A DNA stretch of 64,000 bases from Moniliella sp. 'wahieum' (GCA_003971905.1 RSEE01000040.1:62001-126000), one strand, 5' to 3'. Positions 48,856-60,996 are shown, counted from the first letter of the stretch. Translations and numbers: made by a program. The notes: generated from the sequence alone by a model not told the origin.

Positions 48856-49921
48856 AAACATATAATTGACAGACCTTAAGGCTGGACAAAGAAGCTATTT
48901 TTTGCTTCCTAAACTTCTGGATTCGTAGTAGCGCGAGGCGTTTTGGATTAATAAGCCAACTATGAGGGTGGTACACATATGAGCTACTATATAACATGAA
49001 ACATCTTCAATGATGTTCGATGACTAGTATAGACTTTAGTAAGATTTTCTCCCCGTACTCAATAACCACAAGTATCTTATTGTTCGCCGCTTGGTGGCAT
49101 ACAACTCTGGCGTGTCGTCATGAATAGGGGGAAGACGGTCGTGAGAGCGTCGCGCCAGGCGTTTTCTTGCAGAAATCTTCCGCTTCCTTCAACTTACCCC
49201 CTTCCACACCCCATATACGTGTAATATAGCTCTCACTTAGCCTCCAATCGTCAAGGATCCTAGCTCCCCTGTAAGGTGAATATGACTCCTTCCCCGACGG
49301 GGTAAGAGATGCGATGCGGCGCGTCGGATGCCTTAAAGGATCTAGAAGGGACATGAAACAGACGGAACGCCCGTTATCGGATCAGGATGTTGGACGATGG
49401 ATTCAGCCGCAGGCCCTCACAGGCCTCAACCGAGTCCCGGAGTATAGCGCTCAGCACACACAGGCGATGGCATGCTCCGGGCCTGTGCAGTGAATGAGAG
49501 AAGACTTGAGGTGAGTCAGTTTGAAACGCATGTGGTTTGGGTGCAGAAGGCTCTCTGAAAGCGGGGTGCCCTATGAGAGGCCTGATGGCCTTATGAGGGA
49601 AGTCCTCACGATCAGGAAGTAGAAAGCTGGAGAAATCCGTTGTAGGACAGGGCTTTCTGAAGTCTACTGTGTTGCGCGGGGGGGAAGGGTAATGATATTA
49701 AGTGGCCATTCCGTGGTTACTATCTCCGGACATAGAGCCTCGCTGCAGTTTTTTGGCATAGAACTCTCGCCTAAGCACACACGTCAGTGCCGTTAGACTA
49801 AAGTGAGATCTGAGAGAGAAGAATCAACGGGACAACGCATCCATGATGTGAGATATCCTCTCCGCGGCTGGCCCTGGTCACATGGGATCATCGAGACGAA
49901 AACGTTTAGTACCCTTTTCGC

Positions 49922-50009
49922 TTAACCCGCTTTTTGGTATAGAATCCTTCACCTGCTGTGCCCGACTGGGAAGCGTGTGCCCTTGAAAGACAACCGGATT
50001 GCGGGTTAA
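49922..50009. mobile_element. Possible piggyBac-like miniature relic (80 bp between TTAA sites)
   Basis: TTAA-CCCGC...GCGGG-TTAA; 9 of 13 terminal positions are complementary. Confidence 0.3.
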
Positions 50010-50274
50010 CCTTTTTAATTCTCTCTGCGAAACCCATCTCTCCGCCCTTACGCTTACGATTTGACTGCTCTCATCTCTCTTCCCTCGCCTCTAGAAGCCT
50101 ACTCGGTTCGACCAGGATCCGATGACGGGAAAACCAACGTTGTATAGCACTGATTGGCTTTCCAAGATACATTATACCGCTGGACTACAGAAGCAAGTTC
50201 CGCGTTGCCAGGGCCTCCCCCATGCGCTAGATCTGATGTCTCGACACGAGAGAAAGAATAACCGTAACAGCCTT

Positions 50275-50526
50275 TGTCGAGCCACCGCGGGTGGCGCATG
50301 TGTTTGGCGCCAAAGCGTCCGCTCTGTCTTTCTCAGGCCTAATCGGAGTTCCGATGCGTTCTCGTTTCTGTTTCCTTGTTCGACAACCTGATAGTCGCTG
50401 GCGGGTCTGGCTGCTTACTGTCCCTCTTGAGGCGTTGCTGGCTGACTTAGTCTCCACCACCACTAGTGCCATTATTGCATCACCCTCGAGGCCACCCTCA
50501 GGCCGCAGGACGCAAAGATCTCGTCA
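50275..50526. mobile_element. Older diverged solo LTR, family A
   Basis: TGTCGAGCC...CTCGTCA; shares ccaccactagtg..attgcatcaccctcgagg with the 7281 and 36992 copies; TSD degraded (GCCTT/GTCAT). Confidence 0.7.
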
Positions 50527-50850
50527 GTCATCATGCATCACAGCAGGAGCAGGGAAGGGAAATTAGCGACTGGCTAAGGAGACCTGGGTCAAATATAAGC
50601 AAAGGCTTGGCGAGACTTCATTTACCATGGGAAGTGGTTCGTTTCAAATTGGAAGGGCGGTTTGGCCTTGAACTTGATGGAGCTTTTGGGCGCTTGGGTG
50701 TACGTTGCGAGCGGTGCGAGCATCTCGGCAGTGCATATACTCGCAGATGACACTGGCGCGATGGCAAGCCACGCTCTGCCGCACTCTGCCACGTTCCTCC
50801 GGAGGCTAAGCGCTATGGCGGTGGCAAGCAGCAGTAGCCATGCATGCGAA

Positions 50851-51030
50851 TCACTAGTCATTAGTAACTAGTAACTAGCCACTAGCTCACTAGCACTCGA
50901 GACGAGCATCCGACATGGAGAGGGCGATGATTTAACTTGAAGCTTGAAGCTTGAAGCTTGAAGGTTGATTAATGATTACTGCAATGATCAGATGGTTGAT
51001 GCATGATGCATGTCGATCGATGACCGATGA
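50851..51030. repeat. Heptamer lattice cluster upstream of ROT1
   Basis: TCA CTAG TCA TTAG TAA CTAG TAA CTAG (50851-50878); TGA AGCT TGA AGCT TGA AGCT TGA AGGT TGA TTAA TGA (50938-50975); TGA TGCA TGA TGCA (50997-51010). Confidence 0.9.
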
Positions 51031-51935
51031 TCATTTCGATGATTGTCGATCATCGAGCAGACAACGCCTTTGCAAGAGCTGGACGGGGGTATATATATCC
51101 TGGCTTTGATGTGGCTTCCCTCAGGCACTGTGAGCATGTGAGCGGGTGAGTGGTGAGCCTGAGGCCTGAGCGCCTGAGCCCCCAACCCCCTCTGAGCTCA
51201 ACGCTGCTCAACCGCTGAGGGCTGAGGCGCTGAGGCGCTCTCGGCGGATAAACTAATCGCAAGTACGAAATACTCATGTGTGCCAGTGCGTTGTGGCTCC
51301 CACGGTTAGCTCCTGGCACTCCCTCGCACCCCTTATCGATCCTACCCTAGACGAAGGAGCGAATCGCACAGCGCCCGTTGTTTTATCAGCTGCAGGATGC
51401 TGCGGGGCAGGCAAGGTGGGCCCTGGCGTTAGCCCTAATTGCGCTTATAGCAGGCGTTGGTGCGTTTGCCCACGCCAACAGGCACTGGGACAGTATTCAA
51501 TATTCAGCCAGCGCTCGCTAGCAACTAGTCACCCATCCTACATCACGCATCATTACCATTGCGGCCGGGGCCCCAGCGAGCGCCCTCAGGTGACCGGTGA
51601 CGTGCCGGTGAGGCCTCAGGCTTTGGGTCCCCATTTACGTACTTACGCCTCAATGCATCCGTGTGCAGGGGGTTCTACACAGGCAGCATGCGGAGCGAAG
51701 CTCGTACAGGCGTTTGGGCCGAGTGGACGTACAACGCCGATCAGCTTCAAGGAGGCGTGCCAGCCAGGGCGTGCCCTGGTCGACGCGGGCGCAATGCCGC
51801 ATATGGTTGGCTGGCTCGGCTACCACAAGGCACAAAAGCACCGCCGATCCGACCGACTATGGCTACGCGAGTGTTCGCCGCAATCGCATCAGACATCAGA
51901 TCTTTCCTCGTCTCTCCACCATCACCTCCACCCCA

Positions 51936-52990
51936 ATGCGCCCTGCTCGCGTCGTTGCCAGCAGCACCGCTGCTGTGGGCACCGTATTACTTACTATTGC
52001 CACCCTTGCTTCCGCCCAGACCCTCAATAACGTCACCTCCCTCGAGGGAACTTGGTCCAGCGGCTCAGGAAATGTCACCACCGGTCTTGCCTTTTTCAAC
52101 CCAGCCACTGCCGCCTTCACGATTCCCGCAACGGCTGGAGTCTTACTCCTTCACTGAGGACGGCTTCTTTGAGCAGTCCAAATACATTTACTCTTCCAAC
52201 GGTACGCCACTCCCCATTCTCCTCCTCGGGTATAAGCATGCTATATAACAGCTAACCTCATCACCAACCCCCCTCTGTCCATCCTTCAGCCACGGTGAAC
52301 CGATGCGTCAAAGCAACACTACTCTGGCAACACGGGATGTATTTGATCAACCCCAATGGAAGTATTTCGCTCCAGCCATGGAAAACGGACGGCAAGGTGC
52401 TCGTGATTGACCCCTGCAGCGCACAAACCTTGACGCAGTACTACTACTACCAGCCAGAGCTGATCCCACAGTGGTATAACTACGTTGAATCCGACACAGG
52501 TTTCGGACCGGATGTGATCACGAGCCAGAATGCCAACCCTGCTTTTGCCCTTCAACTCTTTCAGGATGGTGGTAATGGCCAGGCCGGCCAAAAACAGGTA
52601 CGTTTCATTGTTGGTGATCATGGGAGGATTACGTCTTCTTATATCTGCGGTTTACAAAGGTATACTGATCTAAGAAACCTCCTCCAGTCACTTATGTACC
52701 TCCAAATGCGGCCGCCCACCATGCTCCCCACTCAGGTGCTCAACGAGAATGTTCTCAATCCTAGCGCTGTCAGTGGTCAGGCAGCCAGGAGAGCGACGAT
52801 GAGGACGAAGATGTGCACCGTCGCCGTCGGTCCATCTACCGCCCATGAAAAAGGAGAAAAAGGAACACGGGGTGTGAAGCAAATCTCTGATAAGCCAGCT
52901 GGCTCGAGATGGCTCCTACCCATACCCACAGCCTTCATCGGCTTAACGTTCATCAGCTCGACTGACATAGAGACCCTCTTTGTCAAGTAG
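51936..52990 (+). CDS. ROT1: ER chaperone Rot1
   Basis: Signal peptide; LEGTWSSGSGNVTTG..FFNP; SYSFTEDGFFEQ; WQHGMY; MYLQMRPPTMLPTQVL. Introns 52202-52289 and 52598-52687. C-terminus approximate. Confidence 0.9.
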
Positions 52991-53141
52991 GAAGGACGCC
53001 CAACCATTCTTTCGTCAAGCAACAACACCACCTGAGGCGTGTCATCGTTAATGGGCTATACATTCATTCTTTTGGCAACTGTGCCAAAAGAGAACACCGA
53101 TCCGTTTTATACAATTGCTCTCCCTTTGTTTCATTCGCTTA

Positions 53142-53223
53142 GTTTCCTCTCGTCACTAGTCACTTGGACCTACGACCGTTTCCTCTCGTCACTAGTCACT
53201 TGGACCTACGACCGTTTCCTCTC
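53142..53223. repeat. Exact 36-bp tandem duplication (2.3 copies)
   Basis: gtttcctctcgtcactagtcacttggacctacgacc x2 plus partial. Confidence 0.9.
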
Positions 53224-54048
53224 ATCTGTTCGCCCACCTTCACATGGTTCTCTCGCAGCAGCAGTGGCTTTTCATTTTGCTGTTGTGGTCTGATGTTAAT
53301 GGATTTTCTTCAGCCAATCGTAGCGCAGTAGTACTAGCGTCTTCCTCTTATTTCACTTCAAGATTGCTTCCTTTGGACTTATCCGAATTTGCCTTGGCCA
53401 CTCAGTCCAGTTGCATAACGGACCAGCTTTTCCTTCATTGGGCTTTGACCAAACCATCCATTTGATCCCCAGTCGTGTGTAAAGACGATTCCATTCTAAC
53501 GGTAGACAGATAGTAGCGCCATTCGTATGCATGATGGCCCACATGTTATACTTAGTACTGCTGCAACTTAACCTGGGTCCCTCACTGGAGACCATAGTGT
53601 CTTTTGACTTGGGTTCATATCATTTTTGCACCACTTCGACACTAACGCTGTCTCTCTACCAGGCCCACTCATCCAGCGAAGAACAAAAGTAACCCTCTGA
53701 CCTCGATCCCAGGTCATAACCACGCTTCATCGGCCTCGCCAGCTTGTAAATTTCGTTTGGCCGATGATTGCGGTCGAACTCAGAGGCCTGATATGCCGCT
53801 GCCAAGCAAAAAGGGAGGATGCCAAAAACTCTGCGCATCTATCTTGCGCCTGCCACCCTGCACGTTAGGTCCGTAGCGCCCCCGCAGTATCGTCCATGAC
53901 AGTAGATAACGATTAATAAGGAAGCAGCAAAAGTGAAAGTGCGATAACACGATGGCAGTAAAAACAAAAGGTCAAGATCAGGATCCGCGTATGTGCACGG
54001 AGAGAATACTAAAGAGAAGGTGATTAAGGAGGGCATTAGCTCCGCTTG

Positions 54049-56600
54049 TCAAAAGGTTTGCACGAGTTCAAGTCGGGAGAGGAATGGGCATGCAGCAACG
54101 CACTGAGCGAAGGCTTGTTGATGTTGGAGGGCCAAGGACGGGAATCGCCGGGAGAAGGGGGCACCCAGCGTGCTCCCACCCCGCCTCGGCGAAGGGAGTC
54201 TGGCTTGCGGGATTGGGGGAGCTGGTCTGGCGGAGCCGAGGCGCTGAGGGATGAGGTGCAACACCATCTTTGAGGCGGGGGCGTATGCGGGTGCGAAAGT
54301 GTTCCGGTTTGAATGTCTCGGAGGAAAAGGTGGCGGTCGACTGGAGCGAGGCAAGGATCGACGGATCCGACTCAGGCGAAAAGCTCCCTTGATTGATTTC
54401 GCTGCGTCGCGAAGCAAGGGACGGTGACACGGGAAGAGAATTAGCGGGCGGAGGTGGTGGTCGAATTTGACCGTGACTAGGCTGTGACAAGTGCGAACCG
54501 GTCGCAGGGGAATCAATGTTACGAGAAATCAACAGTATCTTGAGCTGGGGCACCGGGCGGGGGTACAGGCGCAGACGTGGTGACCCCCCAGGTGCTTGCT
54601 AAAAAGTGCGAAGCAGCGAGGGCGGTGGTCATCCCTGGATCATCGGGGGGGGGAGGGTATTGACAAGTGCAGTGTGATCAGCAACACGGCTGGATGATGG
54701 TGAGGTTGGAATGGCGTTCCCAGCAGAGACGGCGGGTTGACTAAATGCCTTGTTGGCGTCCAGCAAATTGGGGGATGGAGTGAGCGCGGCACGCTGTGAA
54801 CCCATGTGCACGCTCTCCTCCCCACCCCCCGGATTGGGTGTGTGGCAACTGGGGGGATCAGGGATAGGGGACAATCCAGCTTCGGGAAGAGGAATATGCT
54901 CTCGAAGACTTTGGTGAAGCGGCGGAGAGGAGTGACCCGATTCAGGAGAGCGCCCATCTTCCTGCATGCATCCACCTCCTAGGGACGTAGAGTAGGGCAG
55001 AGACAAATTGGAGACGCCCCCTATGCTGGGACTGAAAGTACGCGGAACACTGGGGGAGTATTCCCTGAAGGTCCCATGGAGATTAGGGTCTGACTGGAAG
55101 GGTTGAAGAGGAGAGATACGGTTGGATTGAGACCTGTTGCGATCCCACGGAGGATGTTTCAAGAGGCATGGGGTCACCCATATGGGCAGATTCGCCAGTA
55201 GGACTAGGGAACGCGTCGATGACGGACCAACCCGAGACAGGGATACCGTCATCGTCGTCGTATTCTCCAGTAGAGACGATAACTGGCGGTGGAAGCGGGC
55301 GCGCAGTCGGAGGGCTTGGGCCAATGTAGAATCCGGCTCCTGAAGTGGGTGATCAACGGAAGAACGCGGGGGCACATTTTCAACATCGGATGCCATAATG
55401 ATAGCAGCCGAGCTGCGCGTCTGAACAGAGGTACTCGGCTGGGCTTGGGTATGGCTTGCCGTTTCCTCCTCACCAGTTGGCGCTTGCGAGTCCCCGAAAT
55501 GGGACAGCGATGAAGTGTCCTGCCAGGAAGCAAACTGTGTGAACGGTCGTACTGGGAATGAGTTTGCCAGACACTCGGCGAAGCGGTATTGTGGCTGCGG
55601 GAGGAATTGCGGTTCCAGAGATCAGATATGCTAGAATTGGATCTCGCATCCACGTTTTCGTAAACGGGAGGCTCCGGAGAGTGCATAGGATGCGCATACG
55701 AAGGCACATGATCCGAAGCAGGCAGAGGCCGGGAACTCTGTGAACCTTCCTTAGGGTCATCGGTGCGAAGAGCATTGGCCACAGTTAGGGCGGGCGAATG
55801 GGGCTAGCGGTGCGACACGGGAGGCGGCATGGACAGCTGCTGGCAAGGGTGATGAGGGCGACTCGGCCGGCTCAGAAAAAGATAAGTTGGATGGGTCCAG
55901 GGATGCGCGAGAAAAACGTTGCTCTACCAACTCTGCCGCCGGGCCACCCTGAGATCGGAATGCGTTTTCGTCGCTGATGCGCGCCAGCCACCGCTCCGCA
56001 TACTCGATATGGCCCTTGTAGTTAAAGGTACCCTCGGCGGTGCCTCTAACGATACCCTGTGAATCAATGATGAAAGTGGTTCGCTCTGCCAAGAGACCAA
56101 CGCGAATCAGAAACACAAGTAGTCAAGTTTACTGATGCACAAAACGTACGGTTCATGAGGCCCATAAGGACAGTGCCTACGCCATATTTATTGTGAACGG
56201 CGCGGTCGGGGTCGGAGAGGACAGGGTAGGAAAGGTTGTGCTGTTCAACAAATTGGGCGATGCGTGCGGGCGAGTCCTGCGAAATACCAATAATGGTAAC
56301 CGCGGCGCTGGAAAAAGACGGTACAGAGAGCTGCATAGACCGGAGTGAGCAGAGCTGTTTGGTGCAGAAGGGGGAGCCGGCAAGTGGGTAGAAAAAGAGA
56401 ACGATGGGCTTCCCAGCGGAGATGTAGGAATGCAGGTGTGAACATGTTTCCGGTGGTCGACCAGCTGGAAGTCGGGGCGGGCTGGCGTAGAACGGGATTA
56501 GAGGAAGGGGTGGCCACCGGGAGCGAGACCAGGGTCGAGAGCTGGGCGGTGAGACCGTGCTCCTTGATCACGGGAAGCGCTTGATGCGGCGCGACGACAT
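54049..56600 (-). CDS. Peroxiredoxin Q/BCP-type (AhpC/TSA) domain with long low-complexity C-terminal extension
   Basis: APDFQLVD..GKPIVLFFYPLAGSPFCTKQLC..IIGISQDS..HNLSYPVLSDPDR..KYGV..[intron about 56088-56150]..RTTFIIDSQGIVR; followed by S/P-rich ORFs 55249..55782, 54629..55396 and 54049..54516. Confidence 0.75.
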
Positions 56601-57298
56601 GCTGACGATGGATGCTGTGGACTAGTATAGGTTAGGCAGGGGCGATGCTAGCGATGGCGACAACGACGCCCCAACGTTGGGGATGTCGACGCAAGATTGT
56701 AGCCGGTCGGGCCGCAGCAGCGCCACAGCTGCATGGCGGCCACGTTGGGTTTCCTGGGACACCATGCGGTTCAATTGCTTACGTCATCCCATTGTGTCTA
56801 CCAGGGTTTAACGTTTAACGTTCCACTGAACTGAACGTTCAACCATTTAACGTTCAACAGTTCAACACCATCGACGTTCAACACGTCCAAGGTCCAAGGT
56901 CTGACCTCAGTCTGATGGGTCTTGAGGATTACGGCTCAGCAGGTTCAGCGCGCTCATCGATCATGGATCATCGCGTCCCATCTTTACATTGTGTTTGCTA
57001 GGCCGTTCATGTCATGGCATTTGCATAGGTTAACAACGCACATGCCTGTGGCAGCTCCAGCTGCCGTTGGCGAGCACCGAAAATAGCATGGACGCTTCGA
57101 GCACAAACAGCAAACAGAACCTTGGCCATGATCCTGCGCTGAGACTGCTCATTTTGGGAGGGAGGGAAGTATGTATATGGGTAGCCCTGATGAAGAGGGA
57201 CACAGCGCTGAGGCTTCAGTATTGAGGGCCGAGGCGCTCAGGGAGGGAAAATTGTGCAAGAGACAACAACAACAACAACAAGAGGGTGCGTCATTCTT

Positions 57299-57935
57299 TT
57301 AGGCCTTCATCTCAACGTCACCTTCAGCATCGGCGACAGGCTTGCCCGACTTGCGGGAGATGATCACCTTGCGGCTCTTGTCGAGCTTGAGCTTAGTGAT
57401 AACAACATTGGAGGAGGCAGCAACGGGGATAGGAACTGTCTGTTCCTTGGCCTTCTCGCGCTCCACACGGTCAACGTGGATGACCCACTTCTTGCGGTAC
57501 ACCTGGGTCACACGGCCCTCAGCGCCCTTTTGGAGCCACGGACAATCTGAACCTCGTCTCCTTTCACAATGGGCATCGAGCGGATCTGAAAATGTGGACT
57601 GGGGTCAGCCGATGATGTCTTTAAAAATTGAAGCGGTGGGGGATCCCGGGATTAGGGGCTCGGAAGGGGCATGAGCTTCGCAGGCACAATGATGCCAATG
57701 AGAGGGGGGGAAACCATCAGGCTGTGCGTGTCATAAGTTGCTATCCCACCCGCAAGCTGGGTGTGTGCGAGGTTGTCCCGTAACCGATCCCGAGTCCCAC
57801 CCAGGAGGAAATGTGACTTACGCCGTACTCAGCGCGGAGCTCCTTGCTCAGGGGCGAGCTCATGAGCTTGCGGCGCAGGTGCGCTGGCGCGCTTAGCTGG
57901 ATCTTGCGGTTAGTGCGACGGCTAACAGAGACCAT
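57299..57935 (-). CDS. RPL26: 60S ribosomal protein L26 (uL24)
   Basis: [34 protein letters not shown]; intron 57586-57821 (GTAAGT..GCTGAC..CAG); [43 protein letters not shown]. Confidence 0.95.
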
Positions 57936-58782
57936 GTCGAATAATGAGTCGGTGGGCTGGCTAGAGACCTTCTGGACGGCACACTCAAAGCCCAGAGCAA
58001 GCGGATTGGATATCGGGCATAGCCACGGCAGGGTTGCTGCGGCAAGTAGCTAGAAGACAACAGGCACCGGGCTACATTCCTACAATAGGGTTACTGGCCC
58101 GGAGTGGGGCCACTCATCACGTGATTGATCTTCTTAGATCTCATCGATCTCATGCATGACAATATGTGTCAGCGCTTGCTCTCGTGCTACAGTGAGGGGC
58201 TCCCGGTGAAGGCCACCCCCTTGGCCTCAGGCTCAGGCGTCCAGCTCGTCCAGGTCTGGTTTGCCCCGCACCAAAAACGGGTTGGCGGGGTCTCAGACGG
58301 TGACTTTTAATACCAGGCCTCAGATGTGGCGGCACTATCATGTACGACAGGCTGATGGCCGATGTATGTTGCCGGGCCCGTTCCAGAACAGTTTAGGTTT
58401 TGTTGAAGAGCGTAGAACACAGGCGATCAATTATGGCCCCTCTCGTGGCCGGACCACGCTGCCAGGGGTTAACATCCACGGCAAGTAAGTGTTAACACGT
58501 CCATGGACGAAGCTCGTACGCTTGATTGGAGAGAGAGGCTAACTGGACTATTATGCCGGCACGGGAATTGAAACTGGACTGTGGGGGATAGCTGTGGAGC
58601 TGAAGCAAGGAACTGGATTAGAGTGGGACATATAGGGAAGGTGAGGGGGTGGGACAGGTGGGACAGGGCAGTGGGACTGCATTATCGGATGATCATAAAA
58701 ATCGATTAGGATCCAAGCGACTAGGGGAATGAATGTTGGAGAGGTGAAATACTGGAAACTGGAGAGCTGGAGGGTTAAAGAC

Positions 58783-58848
58783 AGGAAAATCAACTAGGCG
58801 ACTAGAAGAAGAATTAGGAAAATCAACTAGGCGACTAGAAGAAGAATT
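58783..58848. repeat. Exact 33-bp tandem duplication
   Basis: aggaaaatcaactaggcgactagaagaagaatt x2. Confidence 0.9.
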
Positions 58849-59281
58849 TCCTTGATCTCATCGATTGATTGAGAGAAGGCGAGAATTCGGGTAACTTTCG
58901 CCGAAAGGGGACTATGCGTCCAAACAGGGACAAGGAACCGAAAACGGACAAGCTATGCAGGCAGTGCGATTTTGATACACACAGAAAATGCACGATAGTA
59001 CCAAGTGGGTTGTGTCACGGAAACAAGCCTAGGAGAACTATTACAATTCCACTAGTTGGCCCGTCCCTGTCTGACTCTCCCTTAGGTAGACTCAATGCGC
59101 GAGCACCACGGAGAAAGCCTTAGGGCGATGCCGGACCACTACCCAATGGATCTGATGAGCTCTGCCAGTACCCACATTGAATGTACTATTACAACTCGTC
59201 CAGCTAACCAGAGCCACTCTTCATTCTCAGACCGAAGTATTTTTGATTGTACCAATTGTAATATGGCGCCTACCGCCTCTC

Positions 59282-60273
59282 TCACAGGAACAGACGGAAG
59301 GATACATCCCGTTCTTCATCCGGAATATGGCGATCAACACCGAGAAGCCCGCCAAGAGAATAGCGGACCAAACATAAACCCCAGCACGCTGCCGTGTCTT
59401 GGATGGCTGGTTGGGCACCGCCTTGACGAGTGCCCAACCGAAAAGGCCAATAGCGTGTAAAGACCTGCAATGATGCCTGTCTCAGCGCTGTACTGGTTCT
59501 GAAAGCCAGATGCAAGTAGGTCACTGCCCCCTGGTCCATATCCGGCAAAAGGAGCTCCACGGATCTGGTTCCACATGTATCCTGCTGTCTGCGTCACGAT
59601 GATGCCCAGTACGAGGATGGCCCAGATAAGCTTAGAGCTCGCGCCGATAGAAACATGTTGCCGTAAGAAAAACACGGTTGCCGTTCCTATGACAGGGACG
59701 TGACGGCCGTAAAGCCTTGAACCAAGGGAAAGAGCTGAGTAAGGCACTGCCTTGCCGCGCTGGGTCTCGAGCCACTCAGCAATGTCCTCCGCTCGTACGA
59801 GCCCGTAGCAAAGTCGTATTTGGAAGGACTGCCCGATCCGGGGGGAAATAGAAGCACTGGGGCGTGGGTTACACGAAGCTGTTGTATCTCCGACATCTGA
59901 TGCCCAGATAGTTTACAAAGGGGAGACGACGTACGCGGGTGAAGACCTCGCGCGACTTGAAGAAGTCGAGCGTGGCAAAGACCAAGGACGAGTCACGGCG
60001 TTTGGACCATTGCTTGGAGAGCGAGTCCCAACGAGGCTGCACTGTTTGCACGCTTCGCACTGTGCACCACCGGCCATAGTGGTGAAGAGCACGGCAGCGC
60101 CGTGCACGCGGGGCATCAGCCAACTCACTGAACAAACTGGACGTGAGCTCGACTGCCCCGCCTTGCCTGTAGGACAGGGCGGCAAATTTGTCACCAGTAG
60201 TACCGGCTGACACAAGACTCAGCGCACCAAGTGCAGCGAGTACTGGCCCGAGGACGAAGTTGCCGAAGCGCAT
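59282..60273 (-). CDS. OST3: Oligosaccharyltransferase subunit Ost3/Ost6 (thioredoxin-like)
   Basis: Signal peptide; QCEACK (CxxC); VFATLDF; GYMWNQIRGAPF; SGFQNQYSAET; IFRMKNGMYP-FRLFL*. Short intron near 59897-59934. Confidence 0.9.
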
Positions 60274-60996
60274 CGTGCAGACAGAGGGTGTAGGCAAAGG
60301 TGATGGGGCAGTTCCAGATGGAGGACAGCGACTCCCCGGACCTGACAACGTGGCGGTTGCGAAGCTGACGTGAAGGCTGGGTTATGTAATCTGCGGTCCC
60401 AGCCAGCCCCCAAATCACCACAGCTTCTGCGGCTTGAGCTTGGCTGCGTCCCGCTTTGACAGCTGCCACAGTCATGCATCATGCCATCTATGCCCACCGC
60501 ACCAGCTCCTGGATCCGACGTCCAACGTCGGTTGTTGGTGGGAGCAAGCTGAGCGCTGATTGGTTGAAGGCGATGCCACTGGTGTGATGCATGATGCACG
60601 ATGCGTGTGATGGTGAGAAGCAGTAAGGTCTAAGAGTGCGCGCAACGCTTTGGTTGAGGCTTCAAGATTAGAATGGTGGTGGTGGTGGTGTGTAGCAGCA
60701 GGCGTCGTCCATGCGACCGTCCTCGCAGAGCAGGAGATGCGTGTGAGGCGCTCAAGCGCACAAGCTGGTCGGCAGACTCTCAGTGAGGCGACGTGAAGCT
60801 TGAAGCTGCAAGCCATGGAGGCTCAGCGCCTCAGGCCTGTTCAGGCTGTGACATTTCAAAAAGTGCAGTTCCGCCACCGGAAAAGCCGTCAACCCTGTGG
60901 CACCCACAGCGACAGCCAGGAGCCGTTGGCGAGCTGGACGAGCGGCCGCTTCACCACCCCATCGACCCTACGACCACCCTCACAGCTGCGGATGCA

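Noticed and set aside
53142..53223. CRISPR-like 36-bp repeats
   Set aside because: Direct tandem copies with no spacers, eukaryotic context, no cas genes.
57586..57821. Intronic snoRNA in the long RPL26 intron
   Set aside because: No canonical box C (RTGATGA) or clear H/ACA layout.
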